A DNA stretch of 64,000 nt from Sulfurospirillaceae bacterium (GTDB lineage: Bacteria > Campylobacterota > Campylobacteria > Campylobacterales > Sulfurospirillaceae): NCBI GenBank assembly GCA_033723415.1, contig JAWVXD010000001.1:224001-288000 (forward strand). The letters run 5' to 3'. Under the pieces are notes generated by a model that saw only the letters and a program-made list of their open reading frames with translations, was not told the origin of the DNA and searched no databases. Positions 10,697 through 20,870 of this stretch are shown piece after piece. The first letter of the stretch is position 1. Every line of letters starts with the position of its first letter. The translations under genes were made by a program, and so were the position numbers.

Positions 10697-11482
10697 TTGG
10701 AAAATATGAAAAATATTGAAAATATGTTGTTGAGGGTGCCTGAAGTTGCATTATTGTTTTGGATCGTAAAGTCTCTTTCTACAACTGTCGGCGAGACTAC
10801 TTCTGATTTTTTTGTAAATTTAGGACTCGGGATGCCATTAGTCGCAATAATAGTCGCTTTAGCTATGGGTGTATTATTTTATATGCAATTTGGTAAGTAT
10901 AAAAAATATATACCTGTTATTTACTGGACTCTAGTCGTTTTGATGAGTATCGAAGGGACACTAATCACCGATATGTTGGTTGACACTATGGGTGTCAGTT
11001 TGATCACATTAACCATAGTATTTTCTATTGCTATGCTTATAGGATTTGCTCTTTGGCACAAGCGAGAGGGCACTTTGTCTATACATTCGATAAATACAAC
11101 TTCTAGAGAGGCTTATTATTGGGTTGTCATATTGATAGCTTTTGCACTGGGAACGGCTGCAGGCGATTTGATTTCTGAAAAACTCTCACAAGGTTATGGT
11201 GTTGCACTTGCTCTGTTCGCAGGTTTGATAGTGATCATCGCAGTTGCTCATTATTTGTTTAAACTAAACTCTATCCTTGCTTTTTGGTTGGCTTATATAT
11301 TAACAAGACCTCTTGGGGCATCATTGGGAGATTATCTTTCACAATCCCCAAAAGATGGAGGTTTGGGGTTTGGTTTGGGTATGATCAACATCGTATTCTT
11401 TTCTATAATAGTTGGTTCTGTATTTTATATGCATTCTCAAATAAACAAAAATATAGAGAATTTTGCTAAAATACGTCACTAA
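10697..11482 (+). CDS. COG4705/DUF347 repeat membrane protein
   Basis: VPEV..LFWIVK.LSTTVGET..D, REAYYW..IL..FALGTAAGD, FWLAYILTRPLGASLGD. Confidence 0.85.
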   Translation: MENMKNIENMLLRVPEVALLFWIVKSLSTTVGETTSDFFVNLGLGMPLVAIIVALAMGVLFYMQFGKYKKYIPVIYWTLVVLMSIEGTLITDMLVDTMGVSLITLTIVFSIAMLIGFALWHKREGTLSIHSINTTSREAYYWVVILIAFALGTAAGDLISEKLSQGYGVALALFAGLIVIIAVAHYLFKLNSILAFWLAYILTRPLGASLGDYLSQSPKDGGLGFGLGMINIVFFSIIVGSVFYMHSQINKNIENFAKIRH

Positions 11483-11510
11483 AAAATATTGATTAAAATA
11501 ATAGGATGGA

Positions 11511-12617
11511 ATGTATATGTTTGCAAAGTTAAGTATCGGTTTAATATTTGTGTTAATGTCTCAGGGTTTATTTGCCTATAATACAAATAGTATGAAAAAA
11601 AATTATCATGAAGATATAAATCTACCTGATACTATTCTCCATCCTTTAATCCAAGACAAAAAGATTATCAAGATAGAAGCAAAAACAAAACATAAGGCCA
11701 AATATCTAGGGATCAATTCTATCTATGTAAAAGAAAATATAGAGAATTTAGGCAAATATGTCTGGAATAAAAAAAGACAAGCTTATATAAGTCCTTTAAA
11801 TCGAAAAGAGCTTATCTTTGAAGCGAAAAAGATATATTTGATTTCTCAGGCAAAATATGATGATATGAAAACTATTAAGAATGATTTGGCGAAAATAAAC
11901 AAAAAAAATCTCTCAGATCATGAATTGAAAGATCTATTTAGTTCTTATAATCAATTGTCTATAAAAGAAAAAGAGTTAATGTTTTGCAGTGATCTAGTAG
12001 ATACCTTGATAAAAAATAGACTAATTTATTTAAAAAATAAAGAGTACTTTCTTTTGATCGATAAGAACAAGCAAAGAGGATATATATTTTCATTTCATAA
12101 ATCAAACAAAAGTTTAGAATACATAGGAAGCGATCATATCTCTACGGGAAATCCAAGTTTTAACAGTAGAAACGATAGGTATTTTGAGACTCCTATCGGT
12201 ATTATAAATAGAGCTAGATATAGACGAGGTGATTGGATATCTATAAAGAAAAATGCATTTAAATACGGCGAGAGAAAAGATAGGATCTATTATCTTGGAA
12301 AATATCTGATTCCTATAGCTGATAAGTCAAAGTTTAAGAGAGAAGTACATCTGGCTATACACTCTACAACTCCGATTGATGCCATGCTTTTAGGACATAA
12401 AGTTTCAAAAGGATGTATTAGAATTAGTAGAGAGTTAAACAAGATATTAAATAAAAGTGCAATTATAGATGGAAAAAATGGAAAATACGTGATTATTATT
12501 GATTCTAGCTTACCGATAAAAGAAAATTTAAAAAAGCTGGAAAAATTCTCAAAAGAAAAAATTAAACATAAAAGAAACAAATACGCAATGATTTCAGGTA
12601 ACGCTCAGAACGACTAA
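11511..12617 (+). CDS. Secreted L,D-transpeptidase-like (YkuD) protein
   Basis: Signal peptide; ISTG...ETPIG and IHST...LG...SKGCIRI catalytic His/Cys motif. Confidence 0.75.
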   Translation: MYMFAKLSIGLIFVLMSQGLFAYNTNSMKKNYHEDINLPDTILHPLIQDKKIIKIEAKTKHKAKYLGINSIYVKENIENLGKYVWNKKRQAYISPLNRKELIFEAKKIYLISQAKYDDMKTIKNDLAKINKKNLSDHELKDLFSSYNQLSIKEKELMFCSDLVDTLIKNRLIYLKNKEYFLLIDKNKQRGYIFSFHKSNKSLEYIGSDHISTGNPSFNSRNDRYFETPIGIINRARYRRGDWISIKKNAFKYGERKDRIYYLGKYLIPIADKSKFKREVHLAIHSTTPIDAMLLGHKVSKGCIRISRELNKILNKSAIIDGKNGKYVIIIDSSLPIKENLKKLEKFSKEKIKHKRNKYAMISGNAQND

Positions 12618-12752
12618 TACTAACACTTAATCTTATATTGACTTTAGTAAAGTTTGTGATATAATTTGTATGTACTCGCAATTTTGTAGATTTTGAATAT
12701 AATATTTCATTATGAAATATGAAATCTGCAAGAACGTTAAAAAGGATTTGCG

Positions 12753-15095
12753 GTGACAAAAATTATACATAAGCTTGTAGATTATTTTTATATTTTTATC
12801 ATAGCATTTATTTGGGCTGTTGCTATTGTTTCTATACTTTTTATGAGCTATCATAGGCAAAGTAAGAAATTCGATTACTCCGATGACAACATTATAACGC
12901 TAGAAATGGCATATAAAGCCAGTATCAATAAATACTCTTTTCTAGCAAGATATATTTTCCGCCACTCCATAAATAATGAAGAAATCTTATCTATTTTCCA
13001 AAAAGGCACCAAAGCAAAAGGTAGTCTGAAAAAGGTATATAGACAGCAGTTGTATGAGAAACTAAATCCATTATATGAAAAATTGAAAGCAGAAGGTATA
13101 GGCCAGCTACAATTCATTACAAAAGACAATATAAGCTATATCAGATTTCACAAACTTAGCAAAAGCGGCGATGATCTGTCAAAATATAGAGAAACAATAA
13201 AAATAGCGAATAGAGACAATAGGATAGTCAGTGGTTTTGAAGCAGGCAGAATAGTGACAGGGTTTAGAAATGTGTTTCCATTGAATTATCAAAATAAACA
13301 TCTAGGATGTGTAGAGATAGGTGTTACTACTAAAGCTATTATAGGAGCAATCTCCCAATTAGATCCAAGACGAGAATACAGTTTTATATTACGAAAAGAT
13401 GTCGTTTTCCCAAAATTACTTGAAGAAGAAAAACCTTTCTATAAAACGTCAACTATTGATTCAGATTTTGTTTTTGAGGATTATGCAAAAATTTCGCCTA
13501 AGTCTGTAAAAATACAATCAAAAACTACAAATAGAATCAATGAAAAACTGATGGAAGACAAAAAACTTCATGCAGCACTGGAACAAGGAAGAAAATTCTT
13601 TAAATTTGCTAAGGTTGATAATACTTTTTATGATGTTTCCTTTGTCCCTATGCTTGGTGTAAATGCAGATGTAGAAGGTTATCTTGTCGCTTATAAGAAA
13701 AGTGAAAATATACCTATAATCTTGAGTAATTTTTCACTTATTGTGGGCATAATAATATCTCTTATGCTCATACTTACAATCTTAGTCTTACTGCTTAAAA
13801 GCAATTATCATACTATCCAATACCAAAAAAGATGGTTTAAATCTATCAATGATAGCTTAGGTGAGGGCATATATGTTATGGATATTAATGCAAACATAAC
13901 CTATGTAAATCCATTGGCCTGTGAGATATTGGGTTATTCAAAAGATGAATTGATAGGTAAAAATGCCCATTATATATTTCATTCTCATTATTTAAATAAT
14001 AATGTATCACTGCGTGATTGCCCGATTTTAAAAGGTGTTTCAGAAAATATGAAGTTGATAAGTGAAAAAGAGTATTTTACGTGCAAAGACGGGCATATAA
14101 TCCCTGTGCAAATCAACAGCAGACCAACTTTGAAAAATGGTAAAATATTAGAAATAGTAACAGCTTTTAACGACATAAGCGAAAAAAGAAAACTAGAAGA
14201 AAAAAATGATCTATTGCTTAAAGCTTTAGAGGTGAGTTCTGACACTGTAATGATCACAGACTTAGATGCTACAGTACAATGGGTAAATCCTGCTTTTGAA
14301 AAATTAACAGGATACGGTATCAAAGAGATAATTGGCAAAAATCCTAAAGATCTGATCAATTCAGGTAAACAGACAAAAGAGTTTTATGAATCCATGTGGA
14401 ACACTATCTTAGATAAGAAAACATGGAACGGAGAATTAATAAATAGAAGAAAAGACGGCAGTCTGTATTATGAAGAACTTACAATAACTCCTATTTTTGA
14501 CGTTCATGACAACATTAAGCACTTTGTCGCTATAAAGCAAGATATAAGTAAAAGAAAAAAAATAGAAAGCAGTTTACAGCATGTTGCACTTCATGATGTT
14601 TTAACCGGATTACCAAATAGAAGATTTTTAATATTGCATTTGGAAAAAGTTATATCTGGAATGATCGAATTTGATAAATTCATTGCAATACTTTTTTTAG
14701 ATTTAGATGGGTTTAAAACTTTAAATGACAATAATGGACATGATGCAGGTGATGAATTGCTTGTACAAGTATCGCAAAGGCTTCAAGAGAGTATAAGAAA
14801 GCAAGATCTTGTAGCCAGGTTAGGTGGTGACGAGTTTGTGATTGTTTTAGACGGTTTATCAAATGATCTGCAAAAAGCAACAGTAAATGCAAAAGAAATA
14901 GCCGAAAAAATAAGACAAAATATAGCTTTGCCTTTTAAACTGAAAAAGGTAACTTACGAGATAACTGCAAGTATAGGAATATGCCTTTTTAACGACAATA
15001 CAAAAGACGTCAATGAAAGACTGGAAGAAGCTGATAATGCTCTTTATAACTCAAAGGAAAATGGAAAAAATATAATCAGTATTTTTGATGATTAA
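12753..15095 (+). CDS. Membrane diguanylate cyclase (periplasmic Cache-like, 2 PAS, GGDEF)
   Basis: Two TM segments, two PAS/PAC, HDVLTGLPNRR, DLDGFK, RKQD I-site five residues before an intact GGDEF. Confidence 0.92.
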   Translation: MTKIIHKLVDYFYIFIIAFIWAVAIVSILFMSYHRQSKKFDYSDDNIITLEMAYKASINKYSFLARYIFRHSINNEEILSIFQKGTKAKGSLKKVYRQQLYEKLNPLYEKLKAEGIGQLQFITKDNISYIRFHKLSKSGDDLSKYRETIKIANRDNRIVSGFEAGRIVTGFRNVFPLNYQNKHLGCVEIGVTTKAIIGAISQLDPRREYSFILRKDVVFPKLLEEEKPFYKTSTIDSDFVFEDYAKISPKSVKIQSKTTNRINEKLMEDKKLHAALEQGRKFFKFAKVDNTFYDVSFVPMLGVNADVEGYLVAYKKSENIPIILSNFSLIVGIIISLMLILTILVLLLKSNYHTIQYQKRWFKSINDSLGEGIYVMDINANITYVNPLACEILGYSKDELIGKNAHYIFHSHYLNNNVSLRDCPILKGVSENMKLISEKEYFTCKDGHIIPVQINSRPTLKNGKILEIVTAFNDISEKRKLEEKNDLLLKALEVSSDTVMITDLDATVQWVNPAFEKLTGYGIKEIIGKNPKDLINSGKQTKEFYESMWNTILDKKTWNGELINRRKDGSLYYEELTITPIFDVHDNIKHFVAIKQDISKRKKIESSLQHVALHDVLTGLPNRRFLILHLEKVISGMIEFDKFIAILFLDLDGFKTLNDNNGHDAGDELLVQVSQRLQESIRKQDLVARLGGDEFVIVLDGLSNDLQKATVNAKEIAEKIRQNIALPFKLKKVTYEITASIGICLFNDNTKDVNERLEEADNALYNSKENGKNIISIFDD

Positions 15096-15127
15096 AAAGC
15101 TAATTTATACTTTTCCGATATATTTAC

Positions 15128-15156
15128 TTGACATTAAATAAAATTTTCTTTATAAT
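15128..15156 (+). promoter_or_regulatory. Consensus sigma70 promoter for metY-rrf2-cysK
   Basis: TTGACA(15128)-17 nt-TATAAT(15151). Confidence 0.75.
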
Positions 15157-15229
15157 TCTTTTTATATTATAACTAAGAGAAGTAAAATATGTATTATTTT
15201 ACATACACTTAGTTAAAAAAGGAATTTAA

Positions 15230-16492
15230 ATGACACAAGAAACATTAGCTATACATAACGGATATGACAAAAATGATTTTGGAACTATGGCAGTTCCTTT
15301 ATATCAAACTACTGCTTATGATTTTGGCAGTGCAGAGACAGCTGCAAATAGGTTTGCATTGAAAGAATTGGGACCAATATATACAAGATTAAACAATCCT
15401 ACAACTGATATTTTTGAAAGTAGAATGGCTGCACTGGAAGGCGGAGAAGCTTCAATAGCAGCTGCAAGCGGACAAGCTGCTATATTCTTTGCAGTCGCAA
15501 ATCTTGCAGAAGCCGGAGACAATATTATAGTGGCGAAGAAGATTTATGGCGGTGCTACCACATTATTGACGCACACACTAAAAAGATTTGGTATTAGTGC
15601 GAAAACTTTTGATAGTGACAATGCCGATGATCTAGAATCTTTGATAGATGATAAAACAAAAGCAGTATTTTTTGAATCTTTATCAAATCCTCAGATAGCT
15701 ATACCAAATATTGAGAAGATCGTTGAAATAGCTAATAAGCACAATATAGTAACTATTTGTGATAATACTGTCGCAACGCCTATTTTATTTCAACCTATAT
15801 CTTATGGTGTTGATGTTGTCGTTCATAGTGCCAGCAAGTATATTACGGGACAAGGATTGGCCATAGGCGGTGTAGTAGTAGCTAGAAATAATCTCAATGA
15901 AAAGTTGATCGGCAATTCTAGATATCCTCAATTTAATGAACCTGATGAAAGTTATCATGGTCTGGTTTATGCCACTATACCTCTTCCTCTTTTTACTCTG
16001 AGAATCAGACTTTCATTGATAAGAGATATAGGTGCTACTATCGCTCCATTTAACGCTTGGCTTTTGATACAAGGTCTAGAAACATTGTCTGTAAGGATAA
16101 AGCAGCATTCAAAAAATGCACTTGAAGTTGCAAGATATTTGAAATCTCATCCAAAGGTAAAAAGTGTAAATTATCCTGGTTTAGAAGGTGATGTACAAAA
16201 TGAAAAAGCAAATAAATATTTTAAAGAGGGTATGACATCAGGACTTCTTAGCTTTGAAGTCGAAGGTTTGGATTTTGCAAAAAATATATTGAACAACACA
16301 AAAATATTTGCTGTAGTTACAAACATCGGAGATACCAAGTCTATCATCACGCATCCAGCTAGCACTACGCATATGCAAGTACCTGCAGATGAATTAGAAA
16401 AATCGGGAATCAGCCAAGGACTTATCAGACTTAGTGTAGGACTGGAAAGTAGTGAAGATTTAATAGCCGATTTAAAACAAGCCATAGGTTGA
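15230..16492 (+). CDS. metY: O-acetylhomoserine aminocarboxypropyltransferase (sulfhydrylase)
   Basis: PLYQTTAY, YTRLNNPT, VVHSASKY (PLP Lys), NIGDTKSII.HPASTTH. Confidence 0.92.
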   Translation: MTQETLAIHNGYDKNDFGTMAVPLYQTTAYDFGSAETAANRFALKELGPIYTRLNNPTTDIFESRMAALEGGEASIAAASGQAAIFFAVANLAEAGDNIIVAKKIYGGATTLLTHTLKRFGISAKTFDSDNADDLESLIDDKTKAVFFESLSNPQIAIPNIEKIVEIANKHNIVTICDNTVATPILFQPISYGVDVVVHSASKYITGQGLAIGGVVVARNNLNEKLIGNSRYPQFNEPDESYHGLVYATIPLPLFTLRIRLSLIRDIGATIAPFNAWLLIQGLETLSVRIKQHSKNALEVARYLKSHPKVKSVNYPGLEGDVQNEKANKYFKEGMTSGLLSFEVEGLDFAKNILNNTKIFAVVTNIGDTKSIITHPASTTHMQVPADELEKSGISQGLIRLSVGLESSEDLIADLKQAIG

Positions 16493-16496
16493 TCTT

Positions 16497-16910
16497 ATGG
16501 CTCTAATATCTACAAAAGGGATGTACGGACTCAGTGCGATGTATGCATTGTCAAATATAGAATCTGATAAACCTACTCAAATCAAAGATATTTCAGAAAA
16601 GGCAGAAGTACCTCAAAACTATCTTGAACAACTTTTGGTTACTTTAAAAAGAGCAAACTTAATCACAAGTGTCAGAGGTGCTCATGGCGGATACTTCTTG
16701 GCTAGAAATGCTGATGATATTTTGATAAAAGATATACTTGTTGCACTTGAAGGAAATTTAAGTATTGTTGAATCAGACATCCAAAATCCTGTTTTGAAAC
16801 TATTTTATGATGAAAGTAACAAAAAATTAGACGATATTTTCAATATCCCTCTCTCAAAGCTTCAAGAATATGAAGAGTTGCTTAGAGGCCAAATACACTA
16901 TATTATATAA
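16497..16910 (+). CDS. Rrf2-family regulator (CymR-like, no Fe-S Cys triad)
   Basis: STKGMYGL, YLEQLL..LKRA.LITSVRGAHGGY; lies between metY and cysK. Confidence 0.9.
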   Translation: MALISTKGMYGLSAMYALSNIESDKPTQIKDISEKAEVPQNYLEQLLVTLKRANLITSVRGAHGGYFLARNADDILIKDILVALEGNLSIVESDIQNPVLKLFYDESNKKLDDIFNIPLSKLQEYEELLRGQIHYII

Positions 16911-16921
16911 AAGGATATATT

Positions 16922-17842
16922 ATGAATTATGCACAAAATGTAACCGGACTCATAGGAAATACGCCACTTATACGGTTAAATATCCCATCTGAAAAAAGTG
17001 GAACAACGATATTAGGAAAATGTGAATTCTTAAATCCAACACATTCTGTAAAGGATAGAATCGCTTATAACATGATAAAAAAAGCTTTTGAAGATAAATC
17101 GATCACTAATGATTCCGTGATAATTGAACCTACTAGTGGAAATACAGGTATAGGATTAGCTTCAGTTTGTGCAAGTTACGGGTTGAAATTAATACTGACA
17201 ATGCCAAGTTCTATGAGCATAGAGCGAAGAAAACTTTTATCTGCTCTTGGGGCTGAACTTGTTCTTACAGAACCACAGTTTGGGATGCAAGGTGCGATCA
17301 ATAAAGCTGAAGAAATAGCCAAAAATACACCAAACTCTTTTATACCTCAACAATTTGCAAATGACGCAAATCCGCAAATGCATATGAAAACAACAGCACA
17401 AGAAATTTGGAAAGACACAGATGGCAAAGTGGATATATTTGTTGCAGCGGTAGGAACAGGCGGAACCGTTATGGGCGTTGGAACAGCATTAAAAGAAAAG
17501 AATCCAAACATTAAAGTATATGCCGTTGAACCAGATGTTTCACCGGTTCTATCAGGCGGGAAAGCAGGTCCTCACAAGATACAAGGCATAGGAGCAGGGT
17601 TTGTTCCAAAAGTATTGGATACAAATGTATATGATGAAGTTATTAAAGTTAGCTATGAAGATTCGGTAATTGTTTCTAGGGAATTGGCTAAAAATGAAGG
17701 TTTGCTTGTAGGTATAAGTGCAGGTGCCAATGTTTTTGCAACTGAACAAATAGCTTCAAGACCTGAGAATAAGGGAAAAGTCATAGTAACTGTCCTTTGT
17801 GATACAGGAGAGAGATATCTGAGCTCAGGGCTTTACGAATAA
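16922..17842 (+). CDS. cysK: Cysteine synthase A
   Basis: IGNTPL, NPTHSVKDR, EPTSGNTG, GTGGT, HKIQGIGAGF, DTGERYLS. Confidence 0.97.
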   Translation: MNYAQNVTGLIGNTPLIRLNIPSEKSGTTILGKCEFLNPTHSVKDRIAYNMIKKAFEDKSITNDSVIIEPTSGNTGIGLASVCASYGLKLILTMPSSMSIERRKLLSALGAELVLTEPQFGMQGAINKAEEIAKNTPNSFIPQQFANDANPQMHMKTTAQEIWKDTDGKVDIFVAAVGTGGTVMGVGTALKEKNPNIKVYAVEPDVSPVLSGGKAGPHKIQGIGAGFVPKVLDTNVYDEVIKVSYEDSVIVSRELAKNEGLLVGISAGANVFATEQIASRPENKGKVIVTVLCDTGERYLSSGLYE

Positions 17843-17855
17843 ATACATATATGAT

Positions 17856-17888
17856 TTTCATTTAAATTTCATTTTCAGACCTTATAAT
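17856..17888 (+). promoter_or_regulatory. Direct-repeat operator plus -10 box, copy 3
   Basis: TTTCAT(17856)-ttaaa-TTTCAT(17867)-N10-TATAAT(17883). Confidence 0.7.
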
Positions 17889-17911
17889 ATTTTAAAAAAA
17901 GTAGGGTCTGA

Positions 17912-18481
17912 ATGGAAAAGCTAAATAAATTTTTATTTTTATATGTCAACCAGTTCGCGGGACATCATCATAATCTAGATCTTTTGATGATAGCTTTTGC
18001 GGAATTTACTCCATATATTTTTATGGTTTTATTGTTATATTTGTGGTTTAAGAACAAAAAAGAAGAAGGCTTATTTGCCGGTTATGCAGCACTCTTGGCT
18101 CTTTCATTAAATCAGATTATAGGCTTATTTTACTTTCATCCACGACCATTCATGGAAAATTTAGGACACAGTCTTATATCTCATAATCCTGATAACTCTT
18201 TTCCTTCCGATCATGTCAGTTTCACTCTAAGTATCGCTTTTGTGTTTTTGACTTTTAAAACAACAAGAACATTGGGTATAATTACTTCGATCTTAGGATT
18301 GATGTGTGGAATTTCAAGAGTTTATAGTGGCGTTCATTGGCCATTTGATGTCATGGGTTCAATTATCATTTCAATCTTTTCGATTTTTGTTATTTATAAG
18401 TTAAATACTCCATTATTATGGTTAAATAGATTTATAATAAACACATACTATAAAATCATAAAGAAGGAATTTTTTGCTTAG
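17912..18481 (+). CDS. PAP2-family undecaprenyl-diphosphatase (BcrC/YbjG-like)
   Basis: [23 protein letters not shown]. Confidence 0.88.
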   Translation: MEKLNKFLFLYVNQFAGHHHNLDLLMIAFAEFTPYIFMVLLLYLWFKNKKEEGLFAGYAALLALSLNQIIGLFYFHPRPFMENLGHSLISHNPDNSFPSDHVSFTLSIAFVFLTFKTTRTLGIITSILGLMCGISRVYSGVHWPFDVMGSIIISIFSIFVIYKLNTPLLWLNRFIINTYYKIIKKEFFA

Positions 18482-19082
18482 TGAAATTGTAAATTGGATC
18501 GTAAGTACTGTCGGTACTTTGGGCTATACAGGTATTGTTGTCATGATGTTTTTGGAGAGTTCATTCTTCCCTTTTCCCAGTGAAGTAGTTATGATCCCGG
18601 CTGGTTATTTGGCTTCTCAGGGTGAAATGAGCTTGACTTTGGTTATCTTCTGTGGGATTTTTGGGGCTATACTTGGTTCATTGTTTAATTATTATTTAGC
18701 ATATAAATTCGGAAGAATCGCTATTTTAAAATTTGGAAAATATTTTTTCATGGATGAAAACAGGCTAATGAAAATAGAAGATTATTTTTATAGGCATGGG
18801 CATATATCTACTTTTATAGGAAGACTCATACCAGGAGTGAGGCAGTATATATCCTTACCTGCAGGACTTGGAAAGATGGATTTGAGATTGTTTAGCATCT
18901 TTACTGCACTCGGTGCCGGAATATGGGTTATCGTGTTGGTATTGTTAGGGTATTTTATAGGACAAAATCAGGCACTTATCAAAGAGTATTTACACTTGAT
19001 TATGGCAGTTTTGGCGCTATTATTGTTAATTATTACAATACTTTATGTGAGAAAAGTAAAAAAAGATCATGCTCAAAAATAA
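18474..19082 (+). CDS. DedA-family membrane protein
   Basis: [31 protein letters not shown]. Confidence 0.92.
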   Translation: MLSEIVNWIVSTVGTLGYTGIVVMMFLESSFFPFPSEVVMIPAGYLASQGEMSLTLVIFCGIFGAILGSLFNYYLAYKFGRIAILKFGKYFFMDENRLMKIEDYFYRHGHISTFIGRLIPGVRQYISLPAGLGKMDLRLFSIFTALGAGIWVIVLVLLGYFIGQNQALIKEYLHLIMAVLALLLLIITILYVRKVKKDHAQK

Positions 19083-20868
19083 AAAGCTACTTTTTGCTAT
19101 AAGCTCATTAGGTCTAGGTCATGCTACCAGAACTATGGCAGTTGTAAATCACTTTAAAAAAGATAATGAGATAACGATTATATCTTATGGCAATGCTTTG
19201 AATTTTTTAAAAAAAGAATTAAGTGGCGACAATATAGAATTTATACCATTTGTTGATTATCCAAATTTAGAGAGAGGGAAGGGGCTTAGTTTTTATTTTT
19301 ATCTTCTTATTGATCTGATAAAAACAAATTTGATCATCAGAGAAGAGAGAAAATATACAAAAGAGATCGAAAAAAGATTTGATTTTATATTTTCAGACGG
19401 AAGATACGGGATCTTTTCAAAAAAGATACCATCATTTTTGTTAAGTCATCAAATATCATTTATCCCTCCAAATGGATTGTCTGCATTTTCTTTTTTTGCA
19501 GATTTGGGCAATTACCTATATTTTAAAAATTTCAATGAGCTATTTATTCCTGATTTTGAAAATTTTGAAAATTCTTTGGCAGGAAAGTTATCTCATCCAA
19601 AATTTTTAAAGTACCTAAATTATGAATTTATAGGACTTCTATCTTCTTATGATAAAAAAGAGATACCAGAAGATATAGATTATCTTTTTGTTATAAGCGG
19701 GTATTTAAAAGAGCATAAAGACAACTTTATATCAAAGTTGATAGAAAACTCCAAAAAGCTAAAGGGATCTAAAGTTTTTGTATTAGGAGACACCAGTCAT
19801 GATGATATACAAACTCTAGAAGAATATGACATAACGATCTATCCGTCTGTATCTAGTGACATACGAGAAGAATTTTTTGCGAGAGCCAAGGTCATAATTT
19901 CTAGGACAGGGTATACGACTATTATGGATTTGGTGGAATTAGACAAAAAAGCCATCCTTTTTCCGACTCCTAATCAAAGCGAACAAGAGTATTTGGCAAA
20001 ATTTCATATGCATAAGAATAATTTTGTTATCTGCGAAGATAGTCAAAATTTTGACTTGCAGGAGCTGATCTTAAAATTGCCAATCACAAAGCCTTATATA
20101 CCTGAATCTAAAACTAAAGATTCATTAGAAAAGATAGAAAAAAAAGCTGAAGAGTACTTTATCCATAACTTTTTTTCTATTATTATCCCTGCATACAATG
20201 AGGCAAAATACATATCAAAAACTTTAGAAAAACTATCCGTCTTGGAGTACGACAATTTTGAGATTATCATAGTAGAAAATGGCTCTAGCGATAATACCTT
20301 TAAGATCGCTTCATCCTACAAAGAAACAATACCTAAATTGAAAGTGTATCAAAGTCCTAAAGGTGTATCAAAAGCTAAAAATGTTGGATTAAGCAAGGTC
20401 AGTGAAGATTCTAATTGGGTTATTTTTTTAGATGCAGACACTGAACTTGAGAGCAGATTTTTAAAAGATTTAAACAATTATTTAAATAAGAACAAAAACA
20501 ATAATCTCTGTGTCGGCACTTGTGAGATACTGGCATCTGACTCAAAAACTCTATATTCAAAACTATGGTTGAAATTTTATGATCTGGGTCATAAATTGAC
20601 TCAAACTTCATATTCAATGCAAATTGCAAAAACAGATATAGCACAAGGTATAAAATTTGATGAAGAACTTAACTATTCAGAAGATCTGAAATTTATAAGA
20701 AACATGCAAATTTTTGGAGAATTTTTCTTTTTTAATACAAAAGAAGTACTCACTTCTGTGAGAAGATTTGAAAAAGACGGTTATCTTAGAACACTCATAT
20801 ACTGGAATATACAAGCATTTACTCCTGAATTTTTGAAAAAAAATAAAAACTATAAATCTATTAGGTAA
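19069..20868 (+). CDS. Two-domain glycosyltransferase: GT-B (MJ1255/GT28-like) fused to GT2 (GT-A)
   Basis: N-half [30 protein letters not shown]-half [27 protein letters not shown]. Confidence 0.85.
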   Translation: MLKNKKLLFAISSLGLGHATRTMAVVNHFKKDNEITIISYGNALNFLKKELSGDNIEFIPFVDYPNLERGKGLSFYFYLLIDLIKTNLIIREERKYTKEIEKRFDFIFSDGRYGIFSKKIPSFLLSHQISFIPPNGLSAFSFFADLGNYLYFKNFNELFIPDFENFENSLAGKLSHPKFLKYLNYEFIGLLSSYDKKEIPEDIDYLFVISGYLKEHKDNFISKLIENSKKLKGSKVFVLGDTSHDDIQTLEEYDITIYPSVSSDIREEFFARAKVIISRTGYTTIMDLVELDKKAILFPTPNQSEQEYLAKFHMHKNNFVICEDSQNFDLQELILKLPITKPYIPESKTKDSLEKIEKKAEEYFIHNFFSIIIPAYNEAKYISKTLEKLSVLEYDNFEIIIVENGSSDNTFKIASSYKETIPKLKVYQSPKGVSKAKNVGLSKVSEDSNWVIFLDADTELESRFLKDLNNYLNKNKNNNLCVGTCEILASDSKTLYSKLWLKFYDLGHKLTQTSYSMQIAKTDIAQGIKFDEELNYSEDLKFIRNMQIFGEFFFFNTKEVLTSVRRFEKDGYLRTLIYWNIQAFTPEFLKKNKNYKSIR

Positions 20869-20870
20869 TT

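Noticed and set aside
15095..15121. Sigma28-like CCGATAT upstream of metY
   Set aside because: Weak -35 match, and a perfect sigma70 promoter lies immediately downstream.
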